In this document: piece after piece, positions 1 through 9,736 of the stretch
How positions within the stretch are numbered: position 1 is the stretch's first letter
Layout: each line of letters starts with the position of its first letter
DNA from: Gemmatimonadota bacterium
Lineage (GTDB): Bacteria > Gemmatimonadota > Gemmatimonadetes > Palauibacterales > Palauibacteraceae
Direction of reading: 5' to 3'
Length of the DNA: 64,000 nt
Assembly (NCBI GenBank): GCA_963666735.1
Contig: OY762926.1
Span: 2,816,001 to 2,880,000, forward strand
Program-made: the position numbers and the translations under genes
The notes under the pieces: model-generated
The model's database searches: none
What the model was told of the DNA's origin: nothing
Seen by the model: only the letters and a program-made list of their open reading frames with translations

Positions 1-58
1 ACGGACGGCGGCACACCATCTGGAACGTCCCGCTCCTCCGCCTGCGCTTCTGAAACGC

Positions 59-1066
59 ATGCCGGACCGTCCGCTGAAAGACCGGGTGGCCGTCGTCGCC
101 GGTGCGACGCGCGGCGCCGGCCGCGGCATCGCCCGCATGCTGGGCGCGGCGGGCGCCACCGTCTACTGCACCGGCCGCAGCGTCCGGGGGCATCCCGCCA
201 CGCCGGGGCGGCCCGAAACCCTGGAGGAGACCGCGGAGTGGGTGACGGCGGAGGGAGGCCGGGGCATCGCCGTCCGCACGGACCACACGGTCGAGTCCGA
301 GGTCGAGCGACTCTTCGCCCGCGTGCGCCACGAGGCGGGGCGTCTCGATGTGCTGGTGAACGACATCTGGGGCGGCGACGCGCTGACCGAATGGGGAAAG
401 CCCTTCTGGGAACTCTCCATCGCGCAGGGACAGAGTCTGCTGGAGCGGGCGGTCGACACTCACATCATCACGAGCCGGCACGGCGCCCCGCTGATGGTCG
501 AGCGCAACGCCGGACTCATCGTCGAGGTCACCGATGGCGACACGTTCGGCTACCGCGGCAACCTGTTCTACGACCTCGCCAAGCACGCCGTCGTTCGGCT
601 GGCCTACGCCATGGCGGCCGACCTCCAGGCCCACGGCGTGACGGCACTGGCGATCACTCCCGGATTCCTGCGCTCCGAGGCGGTCCTCGACCATTTCGGC
701 GTCGCCGAAGCCGACTGGCGCGACGCGATCGAGAAGGACGAGTACTTCGCCGAGTCCGAGACCCCGTGCTACGTCGGCCGCGCCATCGCCGCGCTCGCTG
801 CGGACCCGAACGTGGCCGAGAAGAGCGGAGGACTGTTCTCAAGCTGGAATTTGGCGATGGAGTATGGCTTCACCGACGTCGACGGCCGCCGGCCGGACTG
901 GGGCACGTTCTTCCTGCGCAAGGTGCGGGAAATCCTCGAACGAGACGCGCCACCGGACGAGATGGACGCCTTCGTCGTCCGCAGCCGGCTCCACCAGGCG
1001 GAACTCGATCCGTCCGCCGCCGCGGAAGCCGAACGCCTGCGCGCCTGGCTCGCCCGCCACGAATAG
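59..1066 (+). CDS. SDR family oxidoreductase (DHRS1-like)
   Basis: N-terminal GATRGAGRG Rossmann motif; YDLAK catalytic YxxxK. Confidence 0.9.
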   Translation: MPDRPLKDRVAVVAGATRGAGRGIARMLGAAGATVYCTGRSVRGHPATPGRPETLEETAEWVTAEGGRGIAVRTDHTVESEVERLFARVRHEAGRLDVLVNDIWGGDALTEWGKPFWELSIAQGQSLLERAVDTHIITSRHGAPLMVERNAGLIVEVTDGDTFGYRGNLFYDLAKHAVVRLAYAMAADLQAHGVTALAITPGFLRSEAVLDHFGVAEADWRDAIEKDEYFAESETPCYVGRAIAALAADPNVAEKSGGLFSSWNLAMEYGFTDVDGRRPDWGTFFLRKVREILERDAPPDEMDAFVVRSRLHQAELDPSAAAEAERLRAWLARHE

Positions 1067-1080
1067 CGGGCCTCCGGCCA

Positions 1081-1096
1081 CGTTCCCGCGGGAACG
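1081..1096. repeat. 16-bp perfect palindrome CGTTCCCGCGGGAACG, copy 1
   Basis: Identical to 54261-54276; both begin 15 nt after a stop codon. Confidence 0.7.
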
Positions 1097-1168
1097 CGGC
1101 GGAGCCCCTTTCGAATCCGGCTATGTGACTGTCGGCACTTCGAGTCCCGGCGCCCAGGGGAGAGCGGC

Positions 1169-3460
1169 TTAGAAGCCGATGGACTTCGACACCTTCGCCG
1201 CAAAGACGCGCTCGACAGTCATGCCGGCGGCCAGGTCGCGCCGCTCGGTGTAGACCAGAAAGACGTCGCTGAGGGGTGAATACAGATAGTTGAAGCGCAC
1301 ATTCGTCACAAACTCATCCTCGGCCGCATTGTACTGGACAAAAGCGCTAGCGAAAACCCTCGTCGAAAAGCCGTAGTCGACCCGCCCTCCGAACACGTCC
1401 GCCGTAAAGTCTCCGGCCGGGAGCGAGACGTCGTTGTGGTTCGCCGACAGGTCGACGGAGAGGTGATGGTCCGGCCGCCACACCAGTCCGCCTGACAGCG
1501 AGGTCCGCGTCCCATCGAAGAATCCGCCGCGTTCGACCCGAACAAAGCCCGATAACACGCGGCCCGGGGCCGACCGGTATTGCAGGAAACCCGAAGAAAA
1601 CCCAAAGTTACCGACCGGGATCGTCGCGTCCCTCGAGACGCGAAAAGGTTCCCGCAGGAGTTCGAACCGGTCCGTGTAGTTCAGCGTGAGGCCGCTTCCA
1701 TTCAGGAAGGACACTCCGAACCCGGCCGTCCGCGTCCGGGTCACGAGGACGGACTCGAGATCCTGAATGTAGTCGATCTCGATATATGGATTCACCTCCT
1801 GCACGCCGGGCACCGGGGGTCGCGGATGGAGCCCCACTGTGGCGTAACCCTGCCGGATATTGCGCCGGCGCACGAAGCCCACTGTGGGGTTGAAGTCCTC
1901 CCCCACGTGGCGCCACAGCGCCGATACGTCCCACAGTTCGTCCCGCCAACCCGCCCACATTCGTCCCGCAAAGGCGTCCCCACTGCTATCCGGCGAGCGC
2001 GTCCAAGAGAGGAAAGGCGCGAAGAGCAGCGACGGGAGCGGCCTCAGGTTCCCATCGAAACCCACGCTGCGGTTGAAGCCGGGATATCCCTCCACATCGG
2101 CGCCGGTCGCTTCCCGGTTGACGAAGATCGCCCCCACGTCCGATGTCCCGAACACGCTCCGGCGTGCCCGCATGATCGAGAAGTTCTCGGCCGGGAGGCC
2201 GCTCCCGGAGCGGGTCTGGAGGTTCATGAGGCCGACCTCGAACCCGCCCGTCCGGCCCGTGAGCCGCGCGCCCCCGAGGATGGGGATCGGTTCCCCGGTC
2301 CCCCGGAGGCCGATGCGCCGCGAGTGGAAGAGGGTGAAGTCGCGCAGCGAGACCCCGGTCCGGTAGCTGCGCTCCGACTGGTCGCCGAAGGCGAACGTGC
2401 CGGAATTCTCGACGAAGAAATCCCGTTTCTCGGGGAAGAAGAGGGGGAAGCGGGTCAGGTTGACCTGTTCCTGGTCCACTTCGACCTGCGCGAAGTCCGT
2501 GTTGTACGTGAGGTCGAGCGTGAGCCCGGGCGTGACCCCGTACTTGACGTCGAACCCGATGTCGGCCTGCGCGCCGCCGCCCCCTTCCCGGATCAGCGTG
2601 CCCGTCTGGTCACGCGCGAGCGCGTAGGGCTTCACCCGCAGGTTGAGCCCCGGCCCCACTCCCCGGAATCCGGTCAGCGTCCCCGCCTTGGACATCTTGT
2701 GGATCTGGTCGCGGCGGTCGAGCGGCGCCCAGAACGTGTCCTCCGCCTTGCGCCGGATGCGGCGCAGGATCTGCAGTCCCCAGGTCTGGTCCTCTTCCGA
2801 CGGATTGAAGCGGAGCGTGGAAAACGGGATCTCGATCTCCACCGTCCAGCCCTCGTCGCTCCGAGTCGTCTCGACCCGGATCGGGCCTTCCCACGCCTGG
2901 TTCTCGGAGCGGCTGTCATCGAACAACTGCACGTCCTTGAGCGCGCCTCCCGGATTCACGAGGAACATGAACCCGTTGCGGCGGTCGAGGTACGTATCGA
3001 GCGCCACGCCGAAGACATCCGATGACCCGCTGCTGAAGTCCTGCTTGAGGCTGGAGATGAAGTAGCGGTCGGGTTCCGAGTCGTAGCAGATCGCGCCGAT
3101 GTAGAGGGCGCGGTCGTCGTACAGGAAGTGGACGACCGTGTTCTCGCTGGCGGGGGCGCCGGTGTCGGGACGGGACTGCACGAATCCGGTCAGGGGTTGA
3201 GCCTGCCGCCAGACGGGCTCGTCGAGACGGCCGTCCACGGTGGGCGGCGCGTCCGTGCGCAGGGCGGCGGCCGTCGGGCGGGGCGCGGACTCGACCGCGA
3301 TCCGGGCCGGTCCCTGCTGACCTGGCTCCCGTGCCATGGCGGCCCCCGGCGCCAGCGAGATGAGCACCGAGATGAGCAGCAAGATGAGCGGAGCGAGGCG
3401 GAGACCGCTTCTGGCCGCGGCACGGAACTTGCGGGGATCTCTCGGCGGCGACCCGTTCAG
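1169..3460 (-). CDS. CBM9-like + DUF5916 secreted/outer-membrane protein (start uncertain)
   Basis: Signal-like LILLLISVLISLAPGAAMA; VDGRLDEPVW CBM9-type start; NTDFAQVEVD..NLTRFPLFFPEKRDFF motif; C-terminal Phe. No ATG before the signal peptide, so a CTG overlapping the upstream stop is assumed. Confidence 0.8.
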   Translation of the reverse strand: MNGSPPRDPRKFRAAARSGLRLAPLILLLISVLISLAPGAAMAREPGQQGPARIAVESAPRPTAAALRTDAPPTVDGRLDEPVWRQAQPLTGFVQSRPDTGAPASENTVVHFLYDDRALYIGAICYDSEPDRYFISSLKQDFSSGSSDVFGVALDTYLDRRNGFMFLVNPGGALKDVQLFDDSRSENQAWEGPIRVETTRSDEGWTVEIEIPFSTLRFNPSEEDQTWGLQILRRIRRKAEDTFWAPLDRRDQIHKMSKAGTLTGFRGVGPGLNLRVKPYALARDQTGTLIREGGGGAQADIGFDVKYGVTPGLTLDLTYNTDFAQVEVDQEQVNLTRFPLFFPEKRDFFVENSGTFAFGDQSERSYRTGVSLRDFTLFHSRRIGLRGTGEPIPILGGARLTGRTGGFEVGLMNLQTRSGSGLPAENFSIMRARRSVFGTSDVGAIFVNREATGADVEGYPGFNRSVGFDGNLRPLPSLLFAPFLSWTRSPDSSGDAFAGRMWAGWRDELWDVSALWRHVGEDFNPTVGFVRRRNIRQGYATVGLHPRPPVPGVQEVNPYIEIDYIQDLESVLVTRTRTAGFGVSFLNGSGLTLNYTDRFELLREPFRVSRDATIPVGNFGFSSGFLQYRSAPGRVLSGFVRVERGGFFDGTRTSLSGGLVWRPDHHLSVDLSANHNDVSLPAGDFTADVFGGRVDYGFSTRVFASAFVQYNAAEDEFVTNVRFNYLYSPLSDVFLVYTERRDLAAGMTVERVFAAKVSKSIGF

Positions 3461-4443
3461 TTCCAGCTCAGTCCCCGCAACTGTTCCACGTCGAGATTTC
3501 CGCCGCTTAGAACGCACGCGACCTTCGTCCCCGGCGGTGCCTCGATGAGGCCGTGGAGGACGGCGGCGACCGACGCCGCGGCCGCGCCCTCGGTCACGAG
3601 CTTCGCCCGCGTCATCAGCCACAGCATGGCGTCGAAGATGTCCCCGTCTGGAAGCGTCACGACGCGCTCCACGAAGCGGCTCACGACGGACGCCGTGTGG
3701 TCGCCGACCCGCATCACCTTCAGCCCGTCGATCACGCAGTCCACCGTCTCCAGCGTGATCATCTCTCCGGATTCGACGGTGCGCTTCATCGCGGGCGCCC
3801 CGGATGATTCCACCCCGATCACGCGGATATCGGGGTTCACGCTCCTCAGCGACATCGAATTGCCGGAGATGAGGCCGCCCCCGCCGATGGGGATGACGAC
3901 GAGTTCGACCTCCGGCCAGTCTTCGAGGATCTCGAGGCCGAGCGTCCCCTGGCCCGCGATCAGCCGCGGGTTGTCGAAGGGGTGCACGTACGTGAGTCCG
4001 CGTTCCTCGACGAGTTCCAGCGCCCGCTCGTTCGCCTCATCCCAGATCGACCCCTGAAGTACGACCTCGGCGCCGTAGCCCTCCGTGGCCGCGACCTTCG
4101 CCGGGGTCGCGTTCTCCGCCATCACGACGACGGCGGGAATCCCGTACAGGCGGGCCGCCAGCGCCACTCCCTGCGCGTGGTTCCCGGCGGAGGAGCAGAT
4201 GATGCCCCGCGCCTTCTCCTCCTCGCTCATGTGGGCCATCACGTTCAGCGGGCCCCGCACCTTGTACGAACCCCCGCGCTGGAAGAGTTCGGCCTTGAGG
4301 CGGATGTCGAAGCCGGAGGCCTCGCTCAGCGAGCGCGACGTGAGGAGGGGGGTGTGGTAGACGTGCGGCGCGACGTGCTTCCGCGCGCGCTCGAAGTCCT
4401 CGCGCGTCAGCGTGAGTCCGGGGATCTCGACGTGTGGCGTCAC
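3457..4443 (-). CDS. ilvA: Threonine/serine ammonia-lyase (PLP-dependent, catalytic domain only)
   Basis: GSYKVRG PLP lysine, SAGNHAQG, HPFD, GGGGLISG, SGGN motifs. Confidence 0.85.
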   Translation of the reverse strand: MTPHVEIPGLTLTREDFERARKHVAPHVYHTPLLTSRSLSEASGFDIRLKAELFQRGGSYKVRGPLNVMAHMSEEEKARGIICSSAGNHAQGVALAARLYGIPAVVVMAENATPAKVAATEGYGAEVVLQGSIWDEANERALELVEERGLTYVHPFDNPRLIAGQGTLGLEILEDWPEVELVVIPIGGGGLISGNSMSLRSVNPDIRVIGVESSGAPAMKRTVESGEMITLETVDCVIDGLKVMRVGDHTASVVSRFVERVVTLPDGDIFDAMLWLMTRAKLVTEGAAAASVAAVLHGLIEAPPGTKVACVLSGGNLDVEQLRGLSWN

Positions 4444-4636
4444 TCGGGCCGTCTCTCTCGGCAAGGCGGTCGGCTGGCGGCCGGATCCACGTCCAGCTCC
4501 GCCGGTGCGTGGTCGATAATCCCCGGAACGGAGTGGGCACGCAACGGGGAAGCGGCCGTCACCTTGCGGCGTGACGCTTTGGTCGGCGACACTCAAGCCT
4601 CCTGCCCGCACGGACGTCCAGCCGAGGATCCGCCAC

Positions 4637-5986
4637 TTGAGCCAGTCACCGGACAGCCCGAAATCCGCGCGCGAGCGCTTCGGCACCCGTGCCGGGTTCG
4701 TGCTGGCGGCGGTGGGGTCCGCCGTCGGGCTGGGCAACATGTGGCGCTTCCCGTATCAGACGGCGGAGGGCGGAGGCGCCGCCTTCCTCGTGGCCTACGT
4801 CTGCATGGCGTTCCTCATCGGCGTGCCAATGATGCTGGCGGAGTTCGCGGTGGGGCGGCGCGCCCGCCGGTCGGCGATCGGGGCGCTGCGGTCGGTCGGA
4901 GGCCGACGCTGGGCCGCGATGGGTCTTCTCTTCCTGGTCACCTCGACCGTCATCATGGCCTACCTGTCGGTCATCACGGGCTGGGCGCTGCGGTACGCGC
5001 TCGATGGTCTGGCGACCGGCTTCCACGCCGACGCGGCGGGACGTTACGAATCCATCGCCTCCGGACCCTCGGCGGTCGTCTTCCACCTCGTGTCGATCGC
5101 CGCAACGGTGGGAATCGTCGTGTTCGGCGTCCGCAAGGGGATCGAACGGGCGAGCATGCTGCTCATGCCGGTCCTCTTTCTCCTCCTCATCGGCCTCGCG
5201 ATCTGGGCCGCGACGCTGCCGGGCGCCACGGAGGGATACCGCTTCTATCTCTCGCCCTCACTGAACGAGCTGCTCGATCCGGTCGTGCTGCAGGGTGCGG
5301 CCGCGCACGCCTTCTACTCGCTGAGCGTGGGCATGGGGATCATGGTCACCTATTCCTCCTACCTCTCGAGAAGCGCCAACCTCGGTCGGGAAAGCGCCGT
5401 GATCGCGCTCTCGGACTTCTTTGTCGCCTTCGTGGCGGGGCTGGTGGTGTTTCCCATCGTCTTCGGACTCGGGCTCTCGGAAGACGTGGGGGAGAGCACG
5501 CTGGGCGTCCTTTTCATCTCGCTCCCGAGCGCGTTCGCGCAGATGGAGACGCTGGGCCGGATCGTGGGGACGGCGTTCTTCATCGCCGTGATCGTAGCGG
5601 CCATCACGTCGGCGGTCTCTCTGCTCGAGGTGGCGGCTTCGATCCTCATCGACGAGTGGGGCTGGACGCGCCGCCGGGCGACGCTCACTTCGGGCCTCCT
5701 CATCGCGGCGATCGGGATCGCGCCCGCACTCTCCCTGGGCGCGCTGGGCATCATGGACCAGGTTGCGGCGGAACTCCTCACGGTGCTGGGCGTACTCGCG
5801 ATCGCCGTGCTTGTGGGCTGGGTGATGAAGCACCCGGAGGAGGAACTGCGGACCGGGGCCTCCCCCGGGTTCGCGCGCCTGATTCCGATGGCGCGCTTCC
5901 TGATCCGCTTTGTGGCGCCGCCTCTCCTGGCGTACGTGAGCTGGATCGCGCTGCGTCAGACGATCCGCGTGATCGCGGGCGGCTAA
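4637..5986 (+). CDS. Sodium-dependent transporter (NSS/SNF family)
   Basis: GSAVGLGNMWRFPY signature; many TM helices; TTG start with GAGGA RBS. Confidence 0.95.
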   Translation: MSQSPDSPKSARERFGTRAGFVLAAVGSAVGLGNMWRFPYQTAEGGGAAFLVAYVCMAFLIGVPMMLAEFAVGRRARRSAIGALRSVGGRRWAAMGLLFLVTSTVIMAYLSVITGWALRYALDGLATGFHADAAGRYESIASGPSAVVFHLVSIAATVGIVVFGVRKGIERASMLLMPVLFLLLIGLAIWAATLPGATEGYRFYLSPSLNELLDPVVLQGAAAHAFYSLSVGMGIMVTYSSYLSRSANLGRESAVIALSDFFVAFVAGLVVFPIVFGLGLSEDVGESTLGVLFISLPSAFAQMETLGRIVGTAFFIAVIVAAITSAVSLLEVAASILIDEWGWTRRRATLTSGLLIAAIGIAPALSLGALGIMDQVAAELLTVLGVLAIAVLVGWVMKHPEEELRTGASPGFARLIPMARFLIRFVAPPLLAYVSWIALRQTIRVIAGG

Positions 5987-6007
5987 ACCGGACCTCCGGA
6001 GCAAGAC

Positions 6008-7093
6008 GTGTCCAACCTCGATCGACTCAGAGACGAACTCGCGCGCATCGACCGCGAACTGCTCGAACTCGTGGCCCGGCGGCAGGCGGTATCCGCGAAA
6101 GTCGGGGAGCGAAAGCGCGCCTCGCAGATCCCCCCGCGCGACTACCGGCAGGAAAAAACCGTCATCGAGCGGGCCCGCGCCGCCGCGAGCGACATCGGCC
6201 TCCCGCCGCGGCTGGCCGAGGATCTCGTCCTCTCACTGATCCGTTGGTCGCTCACCGTGCAGGAACGGGGCAGCGTGGCCGCGGCCGCGAGAGGAGGCGG
6301 GAAACGCGCCCTCGTCATCGGCGGTTCCGGGAAGATGGGGGGGTGGTTCGTCCGCTTCCTCTCCTCGCAGGGGTTCAAGGTGGAGAACGCGGACCCGGAC
6401 GGGGGGGATCACGCGGACTGGACCGCGACGCCGCTGGACCACGACCTGATCGTGGTGGCGACGCCCATGGTCATCGCCAACGAGATCCTCGCGCGGCTGG
6501 CGGAGATCGGGCCGCCGGGCCTGGTGTTCGATATCGGCTCGCTCAAGAGTCCGCTGCGCTCCGGCCTGCTGGCGCTGTCGGAAGCCGGGGTCCGCGTGAC
6601 GTCCGTCCACCCCATGTTCGGTCCCGACACCGAACTCCTTTCAGGGGAACACGTGATCTTCGTGGACGTCGGCTGTCCCGACGCCACGGAAGGGGCGGAA
6701 GCGCTCTTCGCCTCGACCATGGCGACGCGCGTGCGCATGGACTTGGAGAGCCACGACCGGGTGATGGGATTCGTGCTCGGGCTCTCGCACGCCCTCAACA
6801 TCACCTTCTTCACGGCGCTGGCGCGCTCCGGCGAAACGACGCCGCGCCTGGCGGACGTGTCGAGCACGACGTTCGAGGCCCAGCTGGACGTGGCGCGCGC
6901 GCTGGCCGGCGAGAACCCGCACATGTACTTCGAGATCCAGTCGCTGAACGAGTACGGAGACGCTGCGCTGAAGGAACTCGTCGCGGCGGCGGAGAGGGTC
7001 CGCGACGTCGTCGAAGCGGGGGATGAGGACGCCTTCGTCGCCCTGATGTCGGCCGGTCGCGACTACCTGGAGTCCCGCGGTTCCGCAGAATAG
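6008..7093 (+). CDS. tyrA: Bifunctional chorismate mutase / prephenate dehydrogenase
   Basis: AroQ-type N-terminus ([13 protein letters not shown]), GGSGKMG, DIGSLK, HPMFGP. Confidence 0.9.
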   Translation: MSNLDRLRDELARIDRELLELVARRQAVSAKVGERKRASQIPPRDYRQEKTVIERARAAASDIGLPPRLAEDLVLSLIRWSLTVQERGSVAAAARGGGKRALVIGGSGKMGGWFVRFLSSQGFKVENADPDGGDHADWTATPLDHDLIVVATPMVIANEILARLAEIGPPGLVFDIGSLKSPLRSGLLALSEAGVRVTSVHPMFGPDTELLSGEHVIFVDVGCPDATEGAEALFASTMATRVRMDLESHDRVMGFVLGLSHALNITFFTALARSGETTPRLADVSSTTFEAQLDVARALAGENPHMYFEIQSLNEYGDAALKELVAAAERVRDVVEAGDEDAFVALMSAGRDYLESRGSAE

Positions 7094-7238
7094 CCCGGGC
7101 CCGGTTCGACTGGCGTTGGAGCGTCGACAATACCTATCTTACACAGGCTGGATGCGGGGAGGGTGAATTGCGTCCAAACGCTGCGGCGGGTCGCGGTGTT
7201 TGCCCGGTTGCATTCGGGCGACAGCCGGTGAGGTCCAC

Positions 7239-9683
7239 ATGAAGAAGTTCGTGATCGCGGGTCTGGGTACGGCGGTGCTGTATCTTGCCGTAACGGGCAA
7301 GGATGCGCCGCTTGGCGCGCCCTCGCACGCCCTTGCGGTCGCCCCCGCCCCGGACACCGTCGCCAACTCGGTCATCCAGACGGTGTGTACCCGCTGCCAC
7401 AACGACTCGCGCAGGGCGGGCAACCGCTCCTTCCTCGAGTTCGACGCCGCCGAGCCGCAAGCCGACCCCGAGACCGCCGAGCAGATGATCCGGAAGCTTC
7501 GCGCCGGCATGATGCCGCCGCCCGGCATCCGGCGTCCGGAAGAGGCGACCCTGACGGCGGTGGTCGAGGAACTCGAGACGCGCATGGACGCGGCGGCGCG
7601 CGCGAACCCGAACCCCGGGACGCGGACCTTCCAGCGCCTCAACCGGGCGGAGTACCGCCGCGCGGTCCGGGACCTGCTCGACCTGGACGTCGACATGGAG
7701 GCGTTTCTCCCGACGGAAACGCTGAGCGACAACTTCGACAACATCGCCGACGTCCAGATGATGTCCGCCACGTTGATGGAGGGCTATCTGCGCGCGGCGA
7801 GCGAGATCAGCCGCATGGCGACCGGCGATCCGGACGCGGGCCCGCGGCAGGTCACCTACAAGGTGCCCAAGACGGCGTCGCAGGCGGTCCGGGCGGAGGG
7901 CGCGCCCTTCGGCACGCGGGGCGGGATCTCCGTCATCCACGTCTTCCCCGCGGACGGGGAGTACGTGTTCAAGATGGACATGCACCCCGGCCCGACGGGG
8001 TTCCTGTACGGCATGACCGCTCCCGATGAGAAGATTGAGGTCTCGATCGGCGGGGCGCGCGTCGCGCTGCTCGAGATCGACCCGTTCATGTCGGAGTCGG
8101 ACCCGCAGGGGATGGTGATCGAGACCGAGCCCATCCATGTGCGGGCGGGTCCGCAGCGGGTCACGGCGGCTTTCCTCCTCAACGCCGAGGGGCCGGACAA
8201 CGACCTCATCAAGCCGATCGACTACAAGCTGGCCGACTCGAACATCGGCAGCGCCTACGGCGTGACGACGCTCCCGCACCTGCGCGACTTCCTCGTCACG
8301 GGGCCGTTCGCGGTCACCGGCATCTCGGAGACGCCGAGCCGCAAGCGGATCTTCTCGTGCCGGCCCACGGCACCCGAGGAGGAGCGGCCCTGCGCCCGGC
8401 AGATCATCGGGACGCTGGCGGCCAAGGCCTATCGCCGGCCGCTGGAGACCGACGATGTCGAAGACCTTCTGGTGTTCTTCGACCTCGGCGTCGAGGAGGG
8501 CGGGTTCGAGATCGGGATCCGCACGGCGCTCCAGGCGATCCTCGCGAGCCCCCACTTCGTCTTCCGTCTCGAGGAGATGCCGGAGGACGTGGCGCCCGGG
8601 GAGATCTATCGTCTGAGCGACATCGATCTCGCGACCCGGCTCTCCTACTTCCTGTGGGGCACGCACCCGGACGACGAACTTGTGACGCTGGCCGATGCGG
8701 GCCGCCTCTCGGATCCGGCGGTGCTGGAGGCTCAGGCCCGCCGTATGCTCGGCGACCCCCGGGCGGAAGCCATGGCGACGCGCTTCGCCTACCAGTGGTT
8801 CCGCCTGCAGGATCTGGAGAAGATCCACCCCGACGCGCTGCTCTACCCGTACTGGGATCACCGGCTCGTCGAGGCGATGCTGGAGGAGACGCAACTTTTT
8901 TTCGAGCACCTCCTGCGCTCGGATGCGCCCTTCTTCGAAATGCTGACCGCGGACTACACGTTCGTGAACGAGCGGCTGGCGCGGCACTACGGGATCCCGG
9001 GCGTGACCGGGGAGGAGTTCCGCCGGGTCGCGATCCCGGACGAGGCGCGCCGCGGGCTGCTGGGCCACGGGAGCATCCTCACGCTGACCTCGCACGCGGA
9101 CCGAACCTCACCCGTCCTGCGCGGGAAGTGGGTGATGGAGGTCTTGCTCGGGACTCCGCCACCGCCGCCGCCGCCGGACGTGGCCGACCTCGAGGCGACG
9201 GACGAGGCGGAGGATGGACGCTTCCTCACGGTGCGCGAGCGGCTCGAGATGCACCGCTCCAATCCGGCCTGCCGGTCGTGCCACCGGGTGATCGACCCGA
9301 TCGGCCTCGCGCTGGAGAACTTCGACGTCACCGGGGCGTGGCGGATCAAGGACCAGGGCCGGACGGTGGACACGTCGGGCGAACTCTACGACGGGACGCC
9401 GATTCTGAGCGCCCCGGACCTGCGGGCCGCGCTGCTCGAACGCGAGGATTCGCTCGTCCGAACCTTCATCGAGAACCTCATGGCCTATGCCCTGGGCCGG
9501 CGGATCGAGTACTACGACATGTCCACCGTGCGGGAGATCGCGCGCGTGGCGGCAGCCGACGATTACCGTATGACGTCGTTCATCCTCGAGGTCGTGAAGA
9601 GCGCGCCCTTCCAGATGAGCGCCGCCGAGATGGTGGCCGAAGACGATATCGACGCGGGCGGCGGGTCGGGCGACGAGCACTGA
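7239..9683 (+). CDS. DUF1592-family (DUF1587/1595/1592/1588/1585) secreted di-heme c protein, copy 1
   Basis: Signal peptide; CTRCH and CRSCH heme motifs; RLNRAEY, LATRLSYFLW, RTSPVLRGKWV, DPIGLALENFD. Confidence 0.9.
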   Translation: MKKFVIAGLGTAVLYLAVTGKDAPLGAPSHALAVAPAPDTVANSVIQTVCTRCHNDSRRAGNRSFLEFDAAEPQADPETAEQMIRKLRAGMMPPPGIRRPEEATLTAVVEELETRMDAAARANPNPGTRTFQRLNRAEYRRAVRDLLDLDVDMEAFLPTETLSDNFDNIADVQMMSATLMEGYLRAASEISRMATGDPDAGPRQVTYKVPKTASQAVRAEGAPFGTRGGISVIHVFPADGEYVFKMDMHPGPTGFLYGMTAPDEKIEVSIGGARVALLEIDPFMSESDPQGMVIETEPIHVRAGPQRVTAAFLLNAEGPDNDLIKPIDYKLADSNIGSAYGVTTLPHLRDFLVTGPFAVTGISETPSRKRIFSCRPTAPEEERPCARQIIGTLAAKAYRRPLETDDVEDLLVFFDLGVEEGGFEIGIRTALQAILASPHFVFRLEEMPEDVAPGEIYRLSDIDLATRLSYFLWGTHPDDELVTLADAGRLSDPAVLEAQARRMLGDPRAEAMATRFAYQWFRLQDLEKIHPDALLYPYWDHRLVEAMLEETQLFFEHLLRSDAPFFEMLTADYTFVNERLARHYGIPGVTGEEFRRVAIPDEARRGLLGHGSILTLTSHADRTSPVLRGKWVMEVLLGTPPPPPPPDVADLEATDEAEDGRFLTVRERLEMHRSNPACRSCHRVIDPIGLALENFDVTGAWRIKDQGRTVDTSGELYDGTPILSAPDLRAALLEREDSLVRTFIENLMAYALGRRIEYYDMSTVREIARVAAADDYRMTSFILEVVKSAPFQMSAAEMVAEDDIDAGGGSGDEH

Positions 9684-9736
9684 CCGGAGCCCGCAGTCCC
9701 GGAACTGCTTGGGAGAACAAACCAGGAGGAGTGAGC

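Noticed and set aside
8357..9736. Apparent long N-terminal extensions of DUF1552 (8357-11137 and 55332-59123) suggesting fusions
   Set aside because: The extensions overlap DUF1592 in another frame; RBS and Tat signals place the starts at 9737 and 57732
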